This document shows, in pieces, positions 54,097-64,000 of a DNA stretch of 64,000 nt. Within the stretch, counting starts at the first letter, position 1; the number at the start of each line of letters is the position of its first letter. A program made the translations under genes and the position numbers. Source of the DNA: Marsupella aquatica (Eukaryota > Plantae > Marchantiophyta); assembly GCA_973895155.1 (NCBI GenBank), contig OZ316896.1, forward strand, positions 6,066,166 through 6,130,165, in the 5' to 3' direction. The notes under the pieces are model-generated. The model did no database searches, was not told the origin of the DNA, and saw nothing but the letters and a program-made list of their open reading frames with translations.

Positions 54097-54897
54097 TCAC
54101 CAGGTATCACCCGTCCGGATTGCGGTGAAGAAATGTGCATCCCCCCGACCGTGAGGTGTATGGGGTTTCCTCTTAAATATGCGCCGAGCACAGTGCCACA
54201 GTCGAGAGATGGACCACCTGCTGTGAGGATTCTTCACTTCAGGGATGCCTGACTGATTTCTTTCCCACATCATCTTGCGAACAGTGGGCGTTCTTGCAAA
54301 CATGATCAGAGCCGGCACAAAAGGAGGCGAGAATCCCTCCGAAAGAATGAGAGAGTTCCAGTATTTGCAAACTCGACGCATTGTGACTAGGTCTCGAAAG
54401 GGCACCTTCGAGAGTATAAGTTCCACTAAATGCATCGGCATGTTCTTCCACAATGCCGGATCCATGTATGTCGGGTCTAGATAGTCACCAAGCGTTATGG
54501 TATTGGCGCGTTGGAGGACAGGCCTGCTCTCCGTCCGACACCACAGTGGTGGTTCGCTGTCGATCGTCTTAGGCGCCACAGAAGCATCATCCTGCTTGTC
54601 CTTCTCGCCATTAACTAAGACAGGCTCCAGCCCTGCAGAGAATGCTTGCGGTTCGGTGTGGATCATATTCACAACAGGAGCAACATCTGCCAGGTCTTTT
54701 TCGACGCTACGTTCCTCCATGCGGTTGTTTGGCACGGTCTTCCACAACGCAAAATCACCGAAAGTTACAATATTGGCACATTGAAAGGAGATGACACACG
54801 CCCTGTCTTCCGCCCGAAATAATGGCGGTGGTTGAGTGCCGATCATCTCAACGATCGAAGTGTTTGTCTCATCCCTCGCAACTACTGAGCCCACCAT
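54097..54897 (-). CDS. F-box domain protein (possibly truncated or the 5' part of a pseudogene)
   Basis: MDPALWKNMPMHLVELILSKVPFRDLVTMRRVCKYWNSLILSEGF matches the plant F-box consensus. Confidence 0.7.
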   Translation of the reverse strand: MVGSVVARDETNTSIVEMIGTQPPPLFRAEDRACVISFQCANIVTFGDFALWKTVPNNRMEERSVEKDLADVAPVVNMIHTEPQAFSAGLEPVLVNGEKDKQDDASVAPKTIDSEPPLWCRTESRPVLQRANTITLGDYLDPTYMDPALWKNMPMHLVELILSKVPFRDLVTMRRVCKYWNSLILSEGFSPPFVPALIMFARTPTVRKMMWERNQSGIPEVKNPHSRWSISRLWHCARRIFKRKPHTPHGRGDAHFFTAIRTGDTW

Positions 54898-56443
54898 TGA
54901 CTGGACTGTAATAGAGAGCGCAAGAATCTCGCAATGACCAATCTTCGACAGCCGTCAAGTGATCATCCTGAAGGCTATGTCAATGTCCCGGTATGGTCCC
55001 TGCTAAATCATAAGTGAAAAACCAAGCGAGAAAGAAAATGAAACAAGTTTCTCCCACGTGCCCGGAAGCCTAATGGACGACAGATGTTACCGGCCACTTC
55101 CCTCCAATTTCTTTACTTATTCCCTGACTGAACACATACCGTCCTTCTCAGATCCGTAAAGTCGCATGTTCCAATCGCTCCGGACCCCTGGCTGCTCTTT
55201 GCCGTGCCTGCCCTTAATATTCCGCCAAGAAGATGTGTTCTGCGACGAGGATCGACGGGCAGGTGCTGTAAGCGGCTCCCACACAGGTAACCAGTAAAGT
55301 ATCAAGAGAAGCGAGGTTTCGAAATGGTTGCAAAGATCAAGAGGTGCTCTGCGTTATGAAGTCGCTTCTCAACGTCCTTCCCGCCGAACAACCACGAGGC
55401 ACAATGCAATACACGGCCCCACTAAATTACGCCTGCCTCAGTACGGCACGAATTCTTTGATGACAGCCACTCCTCCATAACCTTTCCACGACAGGCTCCA
55501 AAACAAACGGCGCAACTGACAGTTGTCCGCAGCGGATGTGCACACCCTCCTTTACAAACTGCGGCCTCGAGCGTACTCTTAGAGATTGTCAGAGACTCTT
55601 ACTTCTATTTGGTCCTACTACATTTCCTGGGTCCTGGCCTGTACTTCAAGCGTGTCTCTTGAGCCTCAATCTCTCGGCCACCTCCGTTGAAAAAAAATTC
55701 TTTATGATCTGGTCGGGCAAACATGATTACATCTCTAGGTAATAACAATTATTTTCTCGTAACTTACCCTTGCGTCCTCATTCCTCAAGCAACTCTTCAA
55801 CAACGAAATAATCTTGGCTGTTCAATGAACAACGTCAGCATCGTTGGCAAGGCGATCCATCAATGAACTCGCGAGGTTAGCAGACGCACGATTGCACGGC
55901 TCTTCAACCACTTCCCAGAACAGCTGACATTGCACCTACGCTCCTGCCGACATTGGGCACCACCAAAGGTCCGGAGGAGATGGGCTGAAATTCTATGGAC
56001 GACAAATCAAGGTTTGAAGAAGTGATCTGGGTGAGAATGACTTTTGCCGTTTGCACCGGCAAATGGAAAGAGTGTGATACTTTAGGTGGCGCAGAATTGT
56101 CTCGATGCTGGAAATGTACACTCCAAAGGAACGGACAAGCGGCAAAATGTACCTACGAGAGATTCATATTTTAGAGGGCACAGAAGTGACTTATGCACAT
56201 ACGTACTTTACACTCCAAAGGTCAAATCAAACTACCAAGGGAGGGACAACTTACAATACTAGCTAGTACTAGGAGCAACAGAAAAATGCCAGAAGTAATT
56301 GATATATCTATTTCTCGAACTTATAATTTGAGCTTATTATCCACAGGTGAAGGAGGCAAGGAGGCAAGGTATCTCCTAACTTAGGCACCATTGGATACTA
56401 ATCATTACATTTTGGAGAACTCATGAATGAATCCTGTATTTAA

Positions 56444-56688
56444 ACAATGCGCTATCCAGCAGATCATATACAGATCCAGTAACCCAAAAACCAGTAAGCT
56501 CACAAGTGAATAGTGTTACAGTAATCCATTGGAGTTGTCGTTTCAATATAACCTTACTGGTTTGCAACAATGCACTATACAACAGCTCATACACAGATCC
56601 AGTAACCCAAAAACCAATAAGCTCACAAGTGAATAGAGTTACAGTAATCCATTGGAGTTGTCTTTTAATTTAACCTTACTGGTTTGCT
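56444..56688. repeat. ~122-bp tandem duplication
   Basis: aacaatgc..cagatccagtaacccaaaaacca.taagctcacaagtgaatag..taaccttactggtttgc occurs twice. Confidence 0.9.
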
Positions 56689-57538
56689 CAACATAGCGGT
56701 GTACAGTAGACCAACCCAGTAAAGGGTTTAGGGTGCTCATACAAAGGAAACAAACTATAATATGAGACAAACCGAGTAAACTTTGTCGATGCTCCTACAA
56801 AGGAAAAAACTTCTAAAATGAGTCCAACCAACCTACTACAGATTTGGAGATGCTCTTAGGAAAAGACTATAATAGGAGGGGACTGAATCAGCGTATTTTC
56901 TAAGTGTGAATTTTAGCTAGATTCCACCTCCCCAATAAACTTTAGTCACTTTTGACTAATATTCTCTATATTTTTCTGACTCCATTAGCCAATCTTCCAT
57001 CAAATCATAGACCCCATTAGCAAGAATCTAATGGTCCTCCTTAAATATAGGGATATCTGACAAGTTAAAATTTAATTCAATAAAATCTGACAGACAATAT
57101 TTTTAGAATCCTCCTCCCTTAGAGAAGCAAACATTCGCCACACTGGCTAAAAATAAAAAACCTTAAAAAATACACTGGACTGAATGACTGGCCTGCACTG
57201 ATGCGGGGTACACACGCTGCATTCATCAGTCGACACGGTCACTCTATTGTATCTTTTTGAGCGCACATCATTTATTGTAGAAAAGATTTTTCAATAAGTA
57301 TCGTCGACTAGGTCATATATAGAAGCATCTTCCGGAGAACTTTATTTCTCGATTCACGCACGTCGTTACAATTGTGGATCTCGAGAAATTTGCCTCAAAG
57401 TCTGCCGTCGGTCGTCGGAAATGGATTTTTATAATGTGAGTGGGCCCACTCCAACCGGACGGCAAGGATAGTTCGCAGGCACTTCTGCAGTATGAAGCTA
57501 GACATTTCCATTCTTTTGGAGTTTGTAGGGACAAGGCG

Positions 57539-57990
57539 TTTGTTTTGTTTTGTTGTTTTGTTTTTTTTTTGAGGAAAACAATAACTTTATTTCAAACCCT
57601 TGACACAAGGGACAAAAGGAGCCTGCCTGGGAGGAGGAGGCAGGCCAACACAAGGAAAAATAAGGGGGCTGAATGAGGGAGCACACCCATAGAAATGAGA
57701 AAGGGCATCTGCCAACCAGATCGCCAAAGAGGAAGGAGGACGATCAGAAGGGGAAGGAGGAGCCCCAATACCAAACTAAAAGCAAACCTATCCCTGAGAA
57801 CAACCAAAACGGCAACTAGAGCCGGAAGACCAGCCGAGGTACCACAGAGAAAAAGCCAAACTCCGCCCGCCACTGGCCACCACTCAAAAAAGAACCCGTC
57901 CATCACCAAAGAAGCGGCACGTCAACATGACAATCTCATCGCATAAACCCCAATCGCCGAGAGGCGAATCTATTATTGACCTCACCCTAA
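57539..57990 (-). mobile_element. Probable 3' end of a 5'-truncated LINE with A-rich tail
   Basis: On the minus strand a Trp-rich ORF remnant (FFFEWWPVAGGVW) is followed by a pyrimidine/G-rich UTR, aataaa and a poly(A)/(AAAAC)n tail. No TSD identified. Confidence 0.45.
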
Positions 57991-58266
57991 AACCTTCTTC
58001 TGTGGTTTCTGGTCATAAAGAGTTTTCGAGGGGGTTCACCACTGTGACTGCGAGGAAAGAAGGAGAATCAGATTGAGAGCAAGTACCCAGCCTTTGAAAT
58101 GAAATTGGAAATGAAATTGAAAGAATTTTTGTTCCTCCACCTCAACTATAGCCCCTAAATGCAAACGAGTTATTGTATATGCCAGTAAACAGGGATGTTG
58201 ATAATGAGGAGAGTGTTGTTAGCCAGTTCTTTTGATTTTTGTTGCCTTTTATAATTTTAGTGTTTT

Positions 58267-58625
58267 CTTAAGACCCCAAATGGCTAGCGAGTTGGCTAGC
58301 CAAAAGAGGAGTCCCCAAAATGGATGTTACCAACCAGGTTCTTCAGCCAGGCACTTGGATACAGAAAAATAGTGGTCATGTGAGTAAAATTTGAGCAAAT
58401 ATTTTACTATTTGCTTTTATGCTATTATGACCCAAGGGAAACCACCTTAAGACCCCAAATGGCTGGCTAGTTCACTAGCCAAAAGAGGAGTCCCCAAATG
58501 GATGTTACCAACCAGGTTCTTGTCAGCCAGGCACTTGGTACAGAAAAATAGGGGTCATGTGAGTAAAATTGGAGTAAATATTTTACTATTTGCTCTTACG
58601 CTATTAAGACCCAAGGGAAACCACC
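58267..58625. repeat. ~179-bp tandem duplication
   Basis: cttaagaccccaaatggct...gacccaagggaaaccac occurs twice and abuts element copy 2. Confidence 0.9.
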
Positions 58626-58633
58626 TGATTCTC

Positions 58634-60118
58634 AAAATTAATCCGTGGACCCCCATGTTCATCCAAAGAATGTGTGTTTGATGAAGTGAAATCAATTTTC
58701 AACAAGGCGGTAATCGACGGTTTGGAGTCTCCCGATGGTCTTGGTGTGTGCTCGTACAAAAGAAAACACTCAAAAGATAGAGGAGATTTATCAACGGAAG
58801 GTTGAATATGGAGGAATTGAGTTTTTTGACGGTTTTTGCTTACACATTGGAGAAATTGTGTTTCTATCATTCATGATTGATTGTTTGTGAGTTACATTGA
58901 GCATTACTGCCACAAGACAGACTAGAGGACAACACTTAGCTATTGGCAAAAGAGCGCTTGTCGATTTGGTGGGAAGAACACACAAAACAAACGAGTCATC
59001 GCTTCACATGAAGAATTTGTAGTTTTTTTATTTAAGAAAGCTATGGTGTGAAAGGGAGACCCACGATTGTTTCTTTGACATAGAGGCTGCATTTGGCGTC
59101 AACCTATGTTCAGAGTGAGCTTCAGTTGAAGACTAGAGGAATGCAAACAATTCAAGCCGGGAAGCAAGCATTGTGGACAAGGGATGGTGACGTAATCAAA
59201 GAAATCAATTTTCAACGGCTAAGTTTGTGATGGTGATGAGATTGTGATATCTCTTAATCGAGAAAGGGTTTCCAATGAGCCTGAGATTGACAAATTTGGT
59301 CAAGTTTCAAATGAATTTTTTAATTTCTTTGCCTTTCCAATGAGTGTGAGTATAAGAAATATTGATCATGAGTCCATGAATTCTTTTAGCTTTCCAACAT
59401 TGAGTCCGACATTGACAAATTTTACGTCAGATTTTGTCACGATACTAAAGAGATCATGAGGTTTTCAATCTCTCTAGCTTTCTAATGTGTGACATTGAGA
59501 TATTCGTCAAGAATTAGAGAGATCATGAGTATCTGAATTTCTCTAGCTTTCCAATGAACCTAACATTGATAGATTTTGTCAAGTACTAAGGAGATGATGA
59601 GTTTTTAATTTTACTTTAGCTTTCCAATGAGTGTGACATTGAGAGATTTGATCAAGACAAGACTAAAGAGGTCACGAGTTTCTAAATCTTGATCTTGAGT
59701 TTTCCAATGAATCAAACATTGACAGATTTTATCAAGTACTAAGGAGATTGATTATTCAGTTTTACAATGTGAAGCCAAAGGGGTTTTAACTATGTACATT
59801 TCTATTGGTTGGTTTTTTCAAGCTTGCAAATAATTAAAAAATACAAGCATTTTGATATAAAACATTGATATATCTTTAACAAACATCAAAAGGTAATTTT
59901 ATTTTACTAAATGACATATCTCCCTTTGTATTTTGGTTTTTTTTACGTTCAATATTTACGGCATGGCGCTCCCAAAATTACGTTGCTTTTGCCACAAACA
60001 GGACTGTGCACATTTGTTATTGTTAAAAGTAAGATCATTCCTGTTTGTGGCTGGTTGTGGTGATGTGGCGCAACCTCATGGCAGGGAATTTGCAAGAGAC
60101 CTCTCATGGGGTCCGTAA
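58634..60118 (-). mobile_element. Unclassified non-coding dispersed element, copy 2 (inverted relative to 5143-6605)
   Basis: Reverse-complement colinear with copy 1 over its whole length. Termini on + are AAATTAATCCGTGGACCCCCATG and CATGGGGTCCGTAA. Confidence 0.8.
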
Positions 60119-60319
60119 TGAGATTGAGGGTCTCTCCAAAAGAATATGGGCAAGTGATTGAACCAACAGGGAAACCCCCTGTTTCCTGGGTATTTATTCA
60201 TTTAGTGATCTATTCATTTATTCTCGACCACAGTTCTTAACTTCTCGTCATCCTATTGTATGGAAACGAAAAGCATTTGACAGTCCATTGAATGCAGTGC
60301 CTTTCTTGTGGCTTCGTTT

Positions 60320-60509
60320 TTCAAATTCCCTTGAGCTTCTCCATGATTTCCCATCTGTGCATCGTTTACAGAATTATTGTATCCCACATTAAGTCTAACG
60401 ACGACCTTCTTGAGTATACTTCAGATGGGAAATCTTGGGAGATGATGGAGAGGCTCAAGGGAATCTGAAGGATTTTATTTCATTCACTTAAGAAGGTCGT
60501 CGTTAAGAC
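60320..60509. other. Two interleaved inverted-repeat pairs (A-B-A'-B')
   Basis: A 60320-60357 pairs with A' 60422-60469 (10-nt bulge). B 60393-60415 pairs with B' 60486-60509. Confidence 0.85.
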
Positions 60510-63500
60510 ATAAATCAGGAACACCTGGGCAATAAGTCATGATCTTGTTCAAGATTGTAGCGACCTTGTGGGAACAGAATATGCACCAACCATCACATGG
60601 TAGAAAGGGACTCAGGAAGGTGATTGACTGAGGCCGGAACGAATGGACGGCAGAACGTTATCAAGGCCCTTGTTACGAAAGTGACCGGAGAAATTGAGGG
60701 CCAAACTCATCGCTGGTTGTAAGCGGGATCCTTCGCTTCCAGAACCTCCACCTTACCTTCACCGATGCAGAAACTCGAGGAGATTCATTTTTATCTCTCC
60801 ACAATTCGGCTACACCTGATCCATTCGCCACTATCTAGTGTGACGAGCGCTTGCAAAACCCAGTAACTGAGTTTTTGTCTAACTCGACAAAGTCTCGGAA
60901 CCGCACCGTTCGAGAATTGGGGAGAGTGTCGCATCCACCGTTGGTCCAAATCAGTTTTCCGAGGTTCGTGGTGCACCAGTCAGTAGCGGGCTTGGTGAGA
61001 AATCTTACACGAGATTTGTAAATCTCGACCCAAAGCACATCCAGGACTCGCCAAACTCTATCATAGTTTGTCAGCGGATTGGAACGAAATCGTGGGAGTT
61101 CGTTTGATTTAAGCCTCAGAAAATAATGAAATCGATTACTTCAAAAACACGTTTCATTATCCACCTTACTGAAGTTACTATTGTACAGGAAGTTGGCATT
61201 TTGCAATAACACTGAATGCAAGAGTGGCTAGTTTCCACTCCAATATGTGGAAAGAGCCAATCAATTGTACCACCACCGTTCTCGGTACAGACCGGGGTAA
61301 CTATCCTACATTTGCTTGCTGCTGACAAATTCTCCACAACTGCTTGACTTGGTTATTCTGAGAGGTTCAGAATAGTTGTACGTCCGCATGAGAATTAACG
61401 CTGAGGCAGACCACGAATCAAAGCTCAAAGCTGTGGTACTTCCTAGAGCAAGATCAACGGAGATCTAGCCCCCCTTCTCTTTGAACAGATGTATTACCTT
61501 ACACATTGCACGAGGCTATCTAAAAGTCGAAGACTTTATAAATGATTAATAACATTCTAAAAAGTTAATGTTACAGAAGGACCCGAGATATAGACGAGCA
61601 GTATATTTTGGGTTGCCTGTGGTCATCAAATTCATCCGGATTCCTTAAGACTTCATACGGTGAGTGCAGGTGTAGAATCTCTTGCTGCTGACTGCTGCGG
61701 CTTCATGAGTTTCACCCTGAAGGCACCCTGTTACACATGTAGAAAAAGCCTGTCAATGTAATTCATCTCTCTTGCAAGGAGAGCCCCGCAAATACAGCAT
61801 GAAACGTCAACCTCCTTGCTGGCCCCATCATCGGACAAACACTCCCACATAAGTTACTTGATGAAGAACGCTTTAGAATCATTCTTCCAGATAAATTTCT
61901 AAAAATGCGCATCATTAGAGAAAGTTGTCAACCAGGGCTGGAAATGTTTCCTGCACAAACCTGCTTATCCAACCCAAACTCGATTTTATCACCTTGGCGC
62001 ATACGCACGGGAATTGAAGGTGGTAACTTATACCGACCGCCGCCAATACTGTACGCAGAATGACAAAATGAAACGTCACAGAACTTAACCAGGGTATTCC
62101 CGACCTTCCTTTTGAAAACAAAAAGTCTCACAACTCTATAGACGATTAGAACTAGCCCTCACATTAGCACCCACGAAAGCCAAGCTTGCTGTACCTGATA
62201 AGGAAAAAGCTAACCATCGAAACGAAAAAAACAATTCGAAGTACCAGCTTGTGATTAAGAAAGCCGAACAGCCTGACCGAGGAACGACAACCTTACTTTG
62301 TTACCCAAGTTCCTGATTTGCTGTGAAGATCGGTGAGAAAGAAGGCCCCATCTTCGGAGTGTACACGAGCATGACGAGCAGCCACCTGCGAAAAGATTCA
62401 AAGCTTACCCATGTTTACAACTATAGCAGCAAAATGTCTTCCTTGCCAAGTTGCCAGTGCAGAGACTATACTGTCCTATATCAGAGAACAAGTGGAAAAA
62501 ATGAGCTTCATCTTACCTGTGGGGCAGACATTACTGCAGAAACTGTGTCTGGGTCTTCACAAGGCACACTCCTGCATGTGGGCATTTGGTTCAATACACT
62601 TCGAGATAGCAACAAACTTGTTGACACATTGACCAATATTTACCAATCGGTGCTTCATCGATATCCAAGTGGAAACAAGAAGAATTTACACAACAACAAA
62701 GTAAACTAGGAGGCATCTGTGAGCACGATTGTGTCATTGATGTCGTACCCAATGATTGTAGGTCTCGAGTCATTCACGCCACCAATCCGAAGGATCGTCT
62801 TCCCACTAGTTGCCAAGTCATCCGCAAGCATTCGTTCCCCAACCGGTACCAGGTACCAGCTGCATGCACACCATTCAAGATTGTAAGATGCCAGCTGTTC
62901 ACGAATCCTGCTCTGCCACCAGCACAAGCCTTTAAGTGTTTCATGTACATGTCTGTTTTCAACCGGGATTAAGAAGAGGATCCTTCTCTAGGAAACTTAC
63001 TCCGCTATTGTGGCTCGTTCCAAAGCATCATTGTCCCAGAACCACCTCTTCATATTCTTATTGGCCTGCTCATCAAGACGGTTTATTAGAATTTACTTTC
63101 AACAAACTCAATCCAAAACCAAAGCCGCTTCCATGCTGACAAACGCAAATAAGTAAGATCCTGTAACACAGCGTGCAACCAAGTCTTGCGATCAAAACTG
63201 CAGCAACATGTTGAGGAAAGTTTGGCTGGACCTTGTCCTCAATCCTGCAAGATGGAACTCTTTCTTCGAGGGCACCCCTGTGCAACATAATGCATGTTAA
63301 GTCCTGGAATTGGGCCCCTCAAAACCATGGCACAAGATCGGCCAGACCATCATCTCTGCTGTAGGAGCAATTTACAAGAATAGTATACAGAAGATGTGTA
63401 CTACAAATGTAAACTTGATCTACTTAACATTCCACATTGTCAACTTCTGAGACCTTCCTTTTAATCTAGGTGAACAGACCAATAATTTTAGGGAAACGGC

Positions 63501-64000
63501 GTACATGTTTCCTCCAAGAACCCAGCCGAGCATGACTGGCATGCCCATAAGGACGAAAAATTGTCCCGCCACCCTCCCTGGGTGTGGAATTCTAAACTGC
63601 CGTATTACCTGCACAATGTCCGAGACAAACTTAATGCTTTAACTGGGAACAAGAGCACTAATCCATCAAAGCGGGTCATAGCCGTAAGCGACGAGGGCGG
63701 TCTAGACAGTACCTCCAATGGACCAAGACCTTCACCAAGGTACGCTTTGTACGTTGAGGCCATAATTGCAGCCATTCGAGCCATTCCGTGGATTGCTCCC
63801 ACGCGTAATCTCCTTTTACCCTCGTATCTGCGCACCGGGACAACAGTTCGTCGTAAAAATAAGGATTAACTTCTGCTGAAATAAAGAAGGCGGTATGGGC
63901 TGTACAGAAATAAAACTTAACGAAAGTCAAACATTTGCTGTGACTCAAAGAACTACTCTACAATACTTTCTGGAGCAAGAAGGCGGAATGGGCTATACAG

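Noticed and set aside
60318-60338. miR390 target site or TAS3 locus
   Set aside because: Only the 3' tgagctt portion matches, with no second site or tasiARF-like sequence.

Overview
AT-rich, intron-containing eukaryotic DNA, most consistent with a land-plant nuclear genome (probably a non-seed plant; this is inference). Four spliced host genes are present: an ABI-like/ABIL SCAR-WAVE subunit (+), a cytochrome b561 (+), a TTC39/IML2-family TPR protein (+) and TAF7 (-). The ABIL, CYB561 and TAF7 models were reconstructed in full and in frame; the TTC39 model only in part. TAF7 carries a clear U12-type AT-AC intron. There is also an F-box gene or pseudogene (-). The intergenic DNA holds a full-length but disabled Ty1/Copia element (LTRs, PBS, PPT, TSD), a related solo LTR, a related truncated copy, a non-autonomous Helitron, and a 5'-truncated restriction-like-endonuclease (CRE-type) non-LTR retrotransposon. 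It also holds three copies of an unclassified 1.5-1.7 kb non-coding element with hairpin termini, plus many local tandem duplications. The most unusual items are that element family, the CRE-like insertion, and a pair of interleaved inverted repeats (A-B-A'-B') at about 60.3-60.5 kb.
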